Shown piece after piece: positions 46,061 to 56,100 of a DNA stretch of 57,765 nucleotides (positions within the stretch are counted from its first letter, which is position 1; each line of letters opens with the position of its first letter). Origin of the DNA: a virus. Its lineage: Duplodnaviria; Caudoviricetes. The stretch lies in IMG/VR virus record IMGVR_UViG_3300020045_003609, positions 1-57,765 of that record. One strand, 5' to 3'. The notes beneath the pieces are model-generated. The model saw only the letters and a program-made list of their open reading frames with translations, was not told where the DNA came from and did no database searches. Position numbers and translations under genes: made by a program.

Positions 46061-49000
46061 ATGAGTTGTGAAATTAAAATTTTAAATGGTGAAACTGAGT
46101 CTCAACTGGCTAAGTATTTAACCACTAACATAAATGACGGTGATATGAATGTCACTGCCGAACAAATTAAGTACTTTAGAAGTCCAGCATTTATAAAAGA
46201 ATTTGGAGACTATACTGCGGCTACTAAAGCTCAATTTGAAGGTGAATATGCTGAGATGGTATCAAGAGTTGATGAGAATGGAGAACCATTACTACAATAT
46301 AATGATACGGCTCAAAAATATTATTTTTTAGACAGTCGCAACCAGCAAGTTTATTTCCCTTTGCAAAAGAAAGGTTTAAGAGGTATTTTAACTTATCAAG
46401 AAATTGATAAGTTAGTATCTCGTTTTGCTTTGCAATATTTTAAAGCTTCTGGTATTAACTTTAATAATATTAACTTTAAGGAAAGTAAGGCTTTACCAAA
46501 CCTTAAAGAAGCTATTACAAAGCTTATAACTGATAAAACTAATGAGCTTGAGTCAAGTGATGACTTTGAAGTTCAAATGTCAGCAAATACAGTTGATGTA
46601 TTAAACGATCACGTTGATGAACTTGAATCTAGAGTTAGAGATTACTTTACTAGGATGTCTATTAAGCTTGTAGAAGATGATAATACTACTAGTGCTGATG
46701 AAATAAGTGAATCTACAAGAGATGGTTTAGGATTACAGAGTTCAGCAGAACGTGATTCTAAAGATAGTGTTAGTACAAACGTTAAACTTAAGTTATCTTT
46801 ATTAGAAGACATTAAATATATTTTAGATGGTAATGGTAATCCTAAGTTAAATGGACTTGGAAAACCAATCATAGATCCTAAGTCTATAGATCCAATATGG
46901 AACGAACCCTCTTATGCTGAATTTAGTGATGTATATAGTACATTACTTTCTATATTTAGCGATAGTACGGATTTACATGGTGAAGATATTTGGCAAATAT
47001 ATAAAGATAGAATTGCCGCTACTAAAGATAAAAAACCATTTTTAGTAGAGTTAGAAAGACAAATTAATGATGAAAGTTTTACTAAAGAAAATATTAATGA
47101 GTTAGTTCAAGCTTTCCGATTAAACAAGAATAACCATATGCAATCAGATGTAAGTGTAACTTATGTTACTACTGAACAGACTGATGAAAACGGTAATCTA
47201 ATTAGAGATCCTGAGACAGGTAAGATTGTAAAAGATGAAGTTATTGCTCATAAAAACTATAGTGTATCAGATGCTGGTTCTAAAACTCAATTAGTTAAAG
47301 AATCTTGGTTTAATAACTTTAAATCTAATTTTTTAACTGATACTAACAAACCTAATAAAGAGGCGTCAGCTAAAGCCGATAAGTTTGTACAAGCTTTTAC
47401 TCAAATTAGAACTTTAATTAATAAAGCTCATGAGAAAGAAAGTTATGAACCTTCTGATTTAGACGATCATATTACAAGGTTATTAACTGGTTTAGGAGCT
47501 CTTGGTATTAAAGTTTCTGCAGAAGGTATATCTAATTATCTTGATGATAATGGTAAAAATTTAAGTGATTCATATAGAGTTGAAAAACTTAAAGAGTTAG
47601 TAGATGCAACTATTTCAGCTTCTACTAATATTTCTACGGCAATGAAATCCAAATATGCTTATACTCCAAATAAATTCTTTGGATCATCTTTAGCGTTCTT
47701 AGATCTTGCTAAAAGTGAAGCATTTTTTATGTCAGATGGATCTGATGCAAACGTTAGACAAGGTGGTAAGAATTTGTATATATATTCATACCCATCATAT
47801 TTATCAACTAAATTTGCTCAGTGGAAAAAAAGTTCAAAACAAGAGCTTGAGAGAATGAAAAATGGTTCAGAAGTTAAATATATTGGTACAACTTTAATAG
47901 ATAAGTTACTTAGTAGTTCACCTTACTTAAAAGGATCTTTTACTTTAAGATATTTATCTGGAGAAATAGACATGAGTGGAGAAGTAATTGATTACTTTGG
48001 AGAAGATGTATATGAAGAATCTTTACTTAAACTTATTGAATCTAACAAACGTTTAGATAACTTTAATCTAGGTATGTTTAACCAAATGAGTAAAGGTAGC
48101 GCTTTTAAATCTACTACAGATTTGACATACAAAGATTACCTTGCAGATGATGTTCAAAAAACTTTAAAAAATGGTTTTACAAGAACTATTACACCTGCTG
48201 ATAAAACTACTGAATATGGTATTGAAACTGGTATCCAAATTGAAGGTGTTGATTTTGTAGATAACAAAGCTGTGATTAGTAGTGCTGTTAAAAAAATGCA
48301 ATTTAATTATTTTGCATCAGAGTATAACAGAATGATTGATGCTGGTAATGATATTGCTAGAAGTATTCAATCAGGTATGAATGGTACAGATTTAGATTCT
48401 CATTATCATTATAATTATGCTGCTGCAACAAAAGATGGTATTAGTTCTGAAGAAAAAACTAAACGACTATTAAATAGAAGTGGTAATGCTTTTAAATCTC
48501 AATATTATGATAGACTTAGTCCTGGTACTAAAGATCTAACTGAACAAGAGCAACTAATACATGATAAGCTTTATAAAAACGGCTTACCATCTTTAGAAAT
48601 ATTAAAATATGGTGCAGATGCTGAATTAACAGATATGATAGAGCAGTATATAAGCTCTGAAATGTCAAAAAATATTAGAACCACATTTGATGCATTAGTA
48701 GATTCAGATATTATTAAAGTAACTGAAGAAGGGGCTTATGAAATTCAAGGTATTGACACAAATATTGCAGAAAGTTATAAAGCTAATTACGGTCATTATA
48801 GTAAAGCTTCTGCAGCAATGGCATTAGCTACTGATTATTATGTTAATGCTGTTCATAATCATATTGAATATTCTAAAATGTTTACAGGTGATGTAGCTTA
48901 TTATAAGAATCCTGTCGATTTTAAGAAAAGGGTTCCAGCTACATATACTGACGGTTTACAACTTAGAGTTGAACCTGGTCAAGAGTATTTTAAAATTGCA

Positions 49001-52000
49001 ACTATAGAAGGTGTATATAGAGCTTCACCATTCTTAGATAAACTTAAATCTATTTTAAATGGTGTAGATATATTAGGTGACGTTGCTGATGAATATAGTA
49101 ATATTAACAGCTCCGATGCTCAAGCTTGGATTACTCCTAAACGTTGGAAGTTTTTAATTGAAGGTTTAGGTAAATGGTCTACAGGTAAAGATAGTTATGA
49201 AAGTGTGTATAAGAAGATGATGTCAAATACACCTGTTGAATATAGTGAAAAAGAATTAAAACTTGCTGCCCAACCTCTCAAAGGTGTATACTTTGGTAGA
49301 GATAATAGAAGTAAGCCAGTTTTTCTTAAATATTCACAAGCTGTATTAAGTAAACAAATGGTTGCAGGTTCTGATTTAGAGATCTTATTTGATAAGATGG
49401 ATAAGAATGGTATAGATGAAACTATTACTTTTGATGGAATTAAAGTTGGATCAATAACTCCTACTAAAATTCATGATAAAGATGGTAGAATATTACCTGA
49501 CTTTGAATTAAATGAAATGACTCTTAATAATAAAGAATGGAAACTTCAACAAGACTTACCTACTAAAACATATAAAGATACAGATGTTGGATCTCAAATT
49601 CAAAAGAATATATTTGCTGGACTTATTCATAATAAAGATAATGAAGAATTTTTACTAGATGGTAATTATGTTTCAGGACAATATGTTATGGATGAGATAG
49701 TTAAAACTGTAACTGGTATGACTGAAGCGGGTCTTGCTAAAGTTAAAAAAGAGTTTAAAATTGATGATAATTATAATATGACCGATGTTAAAGGTTTTTA
49801 TAAAACTTTAATTGGTGAACTCGAATCAAGAGGTGGTTCTAGTAATATTATAGATGCTTTAAAAGCTGAAATAGCTTTACCAGGAATACCACAAGCTGGA
49901 AGTAAATTAATCAATATGTTTACTTCTATAATGAATGATAGACTTATTAAAATTAAAACTAATGGTGGTTCATTCATTCAAATGTCAAACTTTGGTATGA
50001 ATAAGACTATGGGTAACTCCATAGGTGTAATGTGGGCACCATATGCTGATAGTACAGTAAATGAGCCATATCCATATAAAGACCCAGAAACTGGTAAAAC
50101 TAAGATTAAACTTGGTGGAGTATTAGTATCTCCAACTATGATATCTAAATACTTACCAAATTGGAGGTCTTTAACTGAAGAAGAATTATTTGGTACGTAT
50201 GAAGAAGTTAAAGATGAAAATGGCGTTGTAATCGATCACAAATTAATAACACCTGGAGCATTAGATCCTAAAATACTAGATAATATAATAGGTTATAGGA
50301 TTCCTAATCAAGGGTTAGCTTCAAATGATGCTTTAAGAATTGTAGGTATATTACCTGAATCAAGTGGAGATACAGTTGTAGCTTACACAGGTATTACTAC
50401 TAAGACTGGTTCGGATTTTGATATTGATAAGATGTATATGATGTTTCCATCTATTAAAGCTGTATATACTGATCCAATTGATATATATAATAGATCTATT
50501 GAATTTATTGAAAAGAATGATATTTCAAGAAAAGAAATGATTTCTCAACTAGAAGATGAAGGTCTTTATCAAGATTTTAATAAACTTAGTATAAAACAAC
50601 TTATAGATTTATATATTACAGATGTTTTAATAAATGGAGAAGTTGGTGATTACGGTGATCATTTTAGATCATTAAATGATGTTCATCTTAAAAAAGTTCA
50701 AAGTATTGAATATGTAGATTCAGTTGGTAATACTTCTGCAGCAATGTCTAATAGACTAATTGAATTATATAAATCAGTTTTAACAAATCCTGTTGTATAT
50801 CCAAAAGTAATGACACCTATTGATATGCCTTTTATTAGTGATGAAATTAATTCAATTAGTCCTGATATAAAAAGTAATAATGTACTTATGACATTTGACC
50901 CAATTGAAGATATCAAATTAAGATATTCATTTTTAGGAGGGAAAGCTGGAGTAGGTATGGAAGCTAACGCTTTAGTTGATATTAGTAGACCTGGTATATT
51001 ATCACTTAATGATAGATATATAGGATGGGGTCACAAAGATGACTATGGTAATACAGTATTTGATAGAGAGTATTCAGAATCGTTAAGTGAAAAAGACTTA
51101 AACTATTATGTTGAAGTAATGCGTAAAGAAAAAGGTAAAGACTTTGATGAAGTTAAATTTAGAAAGTCAATTACTAAAGTTGCAATTGGGGATTCTCTTA
51201 CAGCTATTTTGAATGCGTTTGTGGATATTGCAAAAGATCCATATATTACTAAGGGTAACTGGACAACAAGTACTACTAATGTAGGTAATTTATTATTACG
51301 TTCAGGAATGCATCCAATACAAGTTGTTAACTTTATGGCTCAACCTATTTTAATACAATATACAGCTTTTGAGAATAACTTAAAAAGTTTAGGTGATGAA
51401 GATGGGGCAGATGTAATGTATTTATTTAAAAAAGAACAAGTTATGAATGCGTTACAGGATATTAATCCTGAATATAAACGTATATACAGAGAATCACCAA
51501 TGATATCAAGTTTAATTTCAAGACGAGATAGTTTAGGTGAAGATCTTCAATTTAAGCAAATATCTGAAGAAGATTATAATAATGGTATAAAAACTATAGA
51601 TAAACAACTTAATAGAATTAAAAAGAAAGCGGGTAATATTTTGAAACGTGAAGGAATGTCTGTTGAAGAAATTGCAGCAATAGCTGATGAAGCTATTAAT
51701 ATCATTGCTATAAATCATAAAGAAATATATTATCCTGAAAATAGATCAGTTAATGAAAGTTTAGAATTTTATAGAACTCAAATTACAGACAAATCTAGTA
51801 GAGATAATGGATTTCAAACCGCAGTTCTTTTTAAATTTCAAGAGTTACAAAAAACTAGTCAAATATTAGGTGCCGCAATTAGAGTTGCTAAATCTGATAC
51901 TAGCGGATTGGGTAAGAACATAAATTCATTATATGCACTTTCAAATGCATATGACTCTATTATTAATAAGCAAAATGATGAGGGTGAACTTGTTGGGTTT

Positions 52001-53167
52001 GAAAGTAAATTTGATAATACCCCATTAGCTGCTTATTTTGGTTCACTTATGGAAGTTAAAAAGATTGTAGATGCAAATCCAAACTTATTTCCTCAAGGTA
52101 GTGCTAAAGCTCAGAATATGTTTAATGTTATATCTAATGACTTAAAAGGTACTGATGCAATGAACTCAGAGTTAATGGATAGTTTAGAAATAGATTATAA
52201 TAGTTATTTGATATCTAATCTATTTAATATGCAACCCGCAGAAGTTATTGATATAATTACTAAATTTCCATTAAGATATTCTAATTTTAGAAAAGAAAAT
52301 GAAGGTAAATATTTCTTATTAGAAGATTTAATATCTAAATCACCTTTGGCTATTACAAATGCGGACGGTTCTGCAGGAATGGAAATAAGAACCATAGGTT
52401 TAAACAATAGAAAGAAAGATAAGTTTTATGAAAAAGCTTTTACTGATTCATGGGAAGATTTAGCTGAAGATAATCCTAAGATGGCTGAAGATTTAGTTAA
52501 GTATGCGTTTGTAACATCTGGTTTTAAGATGTCAGCCACTCAATTCTTTACTTACATACCTTATACTTATTTTGTTAAAAAGAATATTAATAATCATGTT
52601 AATAACTTTGCTAAACAATCACAAGATGATTTTATAGATTTGTATTATAGAAATAATTTTGAAAAAATTGTTAAACCTCTTAAAAAAGGTACTCAATTTG
52701 ATACAATAGCTAGTGTTGATTCTGAAGATGGTACTACATTTGTACAAGCTTTTCGTATACCAAATGTTAGTAATTCTAAATTTTATGTATCATATGGTGG
52801 AACAACTTATAAACTTCAAGGTTATACATCTTTATCAAATAATGGTATTGCTGAAACTCCAATATATGTAGCTGTTAATAAAGCTACCCTTACTGTAAAT
52901 AATAAAGAACTTGTTAATTACAGTCCATATAAAGTTGCTGGATTACATGATAAGATTATATCTCAAGATAGTTTAAGAAAAGCTAATGATTTAGTAAATT
53001 ATAATAGACGTGGAGAATTAATTGAAACTAGAGAAGATAATGCTTTAGCAGATATATTATCAGTAGTTACTCCAAAAGTTTCTGCAGTTAATAAATCTGA
53101 AATTATTGAAACTGTAAATCAACCAGATGGTATGCCTGCAATAAAAATTACTGATCCTAAATGTTAA
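46061..53167 (+). CDS. virion-packaged single-chain two-barrel RNA polymerase (phi14:2 gp66-like)
   Basis: Catalytic GSDFDIDK (nt 50414-50431), GYRIPNQ, DAQ, QPLKG, LKYS, AFVDIAKDP. Confidence 0.93.
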   Translation: MSCEIKILNGETESQLAKYLTTNINDGDMNVTAEQIKYFRSPAFIKEFGDYTAATKAQFEGEYAEMVSRVDENGEPLLQYNDTAQKYYFLDSRNQQVYFPLQKKGLRGILTYQEIDKLVSRFALQYFKASGINFNNINFKESKALPNLKEAITKLITDKTNELESSDDFEVQMSANTVDVLNDHVDELESRVRDYFTRMSIKLVEDDNTTSADEISESTRDGLGLQSSAERDSKDSVSTNVKLKLSLLEDIKYILDGNGNPKLNGLGKPIIDPKSIDPIWNEPSYAEFSDVYSTLLSIFSDSTDLHGEDIWQIYKDRIAATKDKKPFLVELERQINDESFTKENINELVQAFRLNKNNHMQSDVSVTYVTTEQTDENGNLIRDPETGKIVKDEVIAHKNYSVSDAGSKTQLVKESWFNNFKSNFLTDTNKPNKEASAKADKFVQAFTQIRTLINKAHEKESYEPSDLDDHITRLLTGLGALGIKVSAEGISNYLDDNGKNLSDSYRVEKLKELVDATISASTNISTAMKSKYAYTPNKFFGSSLAFLDLAKSEAFFMSDGSDANVRQGGKNLYIYSYPSYLSTKFAQWKKSSKQELERMKNGSEVKYIGTTLIDKLLSSSPYLKGSFTLRYLSGEIDMSGEVIDYFGEDVYEESLLKLIESNKRLDNFNLGMFNQMSKGSAFKSTTDLTYKDYLADDVQKTLKNGFTRTITPADKTTEYGIETGIQIEGVDFVDNKAVISSAVKKMQFNYFASEYNRMIDAGNDIARSIQSGMNGTDLDSHYHYNYAAATKDGISSEEKTKRLLNRSGNAFKSQYYDRLSPGTKDLTEQEQLIHDKLYKNGLPSLEILKYGADAELTDMIEQYISSEMSKNIRTTFDALVDSDIIKVTEEGAYEIQGIDTNIAESYKANYGHYSKASAAMALATDYYVNAVHNHIEYSKMFTGDVAYYKNPVDFKKRVPATYTDGLQLRVEPGQEYFKIATIEGVYRASPFLDKLKSILNGVDILGDVADEYSNINSSDAQAWITPKRWKFLIEGLGKWSTGKDSYESVYKKMMSNTPVEYSEKELKLAAQPLKGVYFGRDNRSKPVFLKYSQAVLSKQMVAGSDLEILFDKMDKNGIDETITFDGIKVGSITPTKIHDKDGRILPDFELNEMTLNNKEWKLQQDLPTKTYKDTDVGSQIQKNIFAGLIHNKDNEEFLLDGNYVSGQYVMDEIVKTVTGMTEAGLAKVKKEFKIDDNYNMTDVKGFYKTLIGELESRGGSSNIIDALKAEIALPGIPQAGSKLINMFTSIMNDRLIKIKTNGGSFIQMSNFGMNKTMGNSIGVMWAPYADSTVNEPYPYKDPETGKTKIKLGGVLVSPTMISKYLPNWRSLTEEELFGTYEEVKDENGVVIDHKLITPGALDPKILDNIIGYRIPNQGLASNDALRIVGILPESSGDTVVAYTGITTKTGSDFDIDKMYMMFPSIKAVYTDPIDIYNRSIEFIEKNDISRKEMISQLEDEGLYQDFNKLSIKQLIDLYITDVLINGEVGDYGDHFRSLNDVHLKKVQSIEYVDSVGNTSAAMSNRLIELYKSVLTNPVVYPKVMTPIDMPFISDEINSISPDIKSNNVLMTFDPIEDIKLRYSFLGGKAGVGMEANALVDISRPGILSLNDRYIGWGHKDDYGNTVFDREYSESLSEKDLNYYVEVMRKEKGKDFDEVKFRKSITKVAIGDSLTAILNAFVDIAKDPYITKGNWTTSTTNVGNLLLRSGMHPIQVVNFMAQPILIQYTAFENNLKSLGDEDGADVMYLFKKEQVMNALQDINPEYKRIYRESPMISSLISRRDSLGEDLQFKQISEEDYNNGIKTIDKQLNRIKKKAGNILKREGMSVEEIAAIADEAINIIAINHKEIYYPENRSVNESLEFYRTQITDKSSRDNGFQTAVLFKFQELQKTSQILGAAIRVAKSDTSGLGKNINSLYALSNAYDSIINKQNDEGELVGFESKFDNTPLAAYFGSLMEVKKIVDANPNLFPQGSAKAQNMFNVISNDLKGTDAMNSELMDSLEIDYNSYLISNLFNMQPAEVIDIITKFPLRYSNFRKENEGKYFLLEDLISKSPLAITNADGSAGMEIRTIGLNNRKKDKFYEKAFTDSWEDLAEDNPKMAEDLVKYAFVTSGFKMSATQFFTYIPYTYFVKKNINNHVNNFAKQSQDDFIDLYYRNNFEKIVKPLKKGTQFDTIASVDSEDGTTFVQAFRIPNVSNSKFYVSYGGTTYKLQGYTSLSNNGIAETPIYVAVNKATLTVNNKELVNYSPYKVAGLHDKIISQDSLRKANDLVNYNRRGELIETREDNALADILSVVTPKVSAVNKSEIIETVNQPDGMPAIKITDPKC

Positions 53168-53183
53168 TAAAATAATATAATAT

Positions 53184-56100
53184 ATGGCGTGTCCAATTAA
53201 AATAAAAAATGCTTTAACTGAAAAAGTTGAAGAATTAACTATAGAAGGACTTGATTTAACTTTAGAAGCTGCTAATGAAGTGGCTTCTACGGTTAATGAT
53301 ATGTTTAAAGAAAATGTAGTTAGCTTTACTAAAGATGAAAATTCTGAAACTATAATTAGAAATATTGAAATTCCACAATCATTAGTTGATATATTTTTTG
53401 AACATCAAACTAAGATGGAAGAAGCTGCTAAATTAGCTAATGCTTCCTCTCCATCAATGGAAGAAATGTTTGAAAAATGGAATAATCTTCAAGATGAAAA
53501 TGCTGAACCTCTAGCATCTGAGCCAAAGGTTAATAGACGTGTTGAAACTGATTCGGAATTTACTACAATTGATGATTCATTAACTAACTTTATAAAGAAA
53601 GCTCTTGATAAATTAGAAGCTGTTAGAAAAAGAACTCAGGCGGCTTTAAATCATGAACATACTGTTGATAGAGAGTTATATTTAGCTAATACAAAAGCTT
53701 TAATTGATGAAATAGCATCTCATGAATATGGTAATAGATGGAAAGCTATTATTGGATATACATCTTCTTTTGCAAAAACAATTAATCATGTTAACAAATT
53801 ACTTAATGAGTTATCAAATACTTATAATTTACAAGAAGATGATGTTACAGAACTTGTAGAAAAGTATTCAGATTATTTAAAAGCTTATGATATGCTAGGT
53901 GATATTCAACAAATTGCAAGTAAAACTAGTTTAAATAAACTTGATTTATCAGAAGAAGAGCTTGAAGATTTTAAAAGTATACAGACTTTCTTAGATTCAT
54001 TTACAACAGGTCATCAAACTATTACTGATAAATTTTTAGAAATAAAACGTCAACAAGCTATTAGAATATTTTCAGATCCTAAATATAATACAGAAGTTGA
54101 AACTAAACATCGTAAAAGATTAGAACTTGAATACAAATCTTTAGAAGATAAAGATGGTATGTCTAAGAATGAATTCATATCTAAAATGCTTAATACACGT
54201 GACGCTGATGATTTTAAAGCTGATTTAAAGGCTTCTGCTGAAAAAAGAGCATTTGATCCATCCATGGATATTACATCTGCTTCAGGGTTACTTTCTGATA
54301 ATATTAATACTAATAATAGAATAATGCAAATTATTAATAATGTATTATCTGAAGCTAGAGGTAAAGTTGTAGAATTATTTATGAATAATGATAAAGTTAT
54401 GTTTAACTTACATAAAGCTCTTGTAGCTGAAAAAGGTAATCTTAAACCATCTGAGTTATATAAAAACTTTTTTGAATCTGATTCAAATGGAAAAAGATGG
54501 TTGAAAGGTAGATTCAGTGTTAAGTTTAAAGAAGAACTTGAAGCTATTAAAAAAGAAGTTAGAAATGATCATGACACCACATTTAAAGTATTAGAAGTTC
54601 AAGAAAATAACTTATCTTCTATTAAAAAAGGTAACAAAACTATATCTTTACGTTCTACAGGTTCTCACAATATTGCTGAAAATGATACCACAGTGGTTAC
54701 TGTAAATAATATCAAAACTGGTCTTAAAGTTAGAGTAAATAGTGTAACTACATATCAAAATTTTAATGAATTATCTGACCAAAAGAAAGATGATTTTGCA
54801 AGAGCTGTTGGTAATTATGAAGACTTTGCAGATTTCTTAAAATCTAATGATTATGCTGATATTAATACAGAGAAAGCTCAAAATTACCCAGAAATTTATA
54901 ATTTTATTAATGGGTCGGGTTCAATGGATATTATATCTTATGAAAAAGTTGGAAATGATTTAACTGAATATAAAAAATTTAGTAAAGCTAATGGTAAATT
55001 TAACAAGTGGATGAAAGAAAACACTGTTAGAGTTGTACGTAATGGTAAAAAAGTTAGAGAACCTGCTTCTAAGTTTGCTAATCAACCTTTAAGTAAAGCT
55101 GAACAAAAATTATTAAATGCTTTTATAAAAATAAACAGAGATAATGATATAAACTTTAAAGGTCAAGGATCTTTAGTTACCAAAAGAATGGGTGCAGAAT
55201 ATTACGAACTTCCATCTATTTCTAAAAGTGATTTAGAAAGAAGAATTGAGGGTGATATAAAAGGGTTATTAAAAGATAAGTGGACTGATTTTACTGAAAT
55301 TAAAAGTGATGATGTAGGTATACAAGGTAGACAAGAGGCTGTAGATTCTAAAGGTCAAGTAATTAGAGATATAAAAGTTCATTATAGAGGTGCTATTGAA
55401 GCTGATCAACAGTCTTTAGATTTAACTACTATGTATAGAAAAGAATACTTTAATGGTATAAACTATGCTAGCAAACGTGAAATGAAACCTAAACTAACTG
55501 TTATTGCAGACGTAGTTAAAGGTTCACAATTTTACAAAAGAGGTTCATTTGGAGAAAGACTTAAAAATAAATTTGCAGAAAGATCTCCTGAAGTTACCGT
55601 AAGTGGTGAATCTAGTGAAATACATAAAAGAATAGTAGGATTAATAGATCGTACATTATATGATACATTTAGTTCTTACGGTGGTACATTATTAGGTAAA
55701 GATATTAATAAAATTACATCTACTATTAATGGTTATGCTGCAGGAATAGCAATGTCATTCAACTTAGCATCGGGTGTAGCAAATGCAGCTAATGGGTTTA
55801 CTCAATTATTTATTGAATCTGTAGGTAATGATAAAATCAAAAAAGGTTTGGTGTCAAAAGCTGAAGCTAAATACGGTAGAGCATTACTTGATGGAAGTTT
55901 ATTAAAAGACTTAACTAATCCTACTAAAAGTTCTTATTTTAATCAGTTACTTGAAAAGTTTGATGTTATGGGTGGATTAGATCCTACTGATCAAGAATCT
56001 ATTAGAAATACATTTATTCGTAAATTTGGTTCTACTAAAATGATGAATGTATTAAATCAAGGTGGTGAGCATATGATGCATTCTATTCTTACTGAAGCTA

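Noticed and set aside
46003-53192. Split intein / protein trans-splicing as the explanation for the terminal cysteines
   Set aside because: No intein block motifs (no C-terminal HN, no TxxH context); Cys are at residue 3 and at or next to the C-terminus, not at splice-junction positions.
2986-54265. Numerous 60-120 aa minus-strand ORFs and short alternate-frame + ORFs (e.g. 10938, 15761) in the ORF track
   Set aside because: All lie inside long, well-supported + strand genes and have shadow-ORF composition with no motifs.
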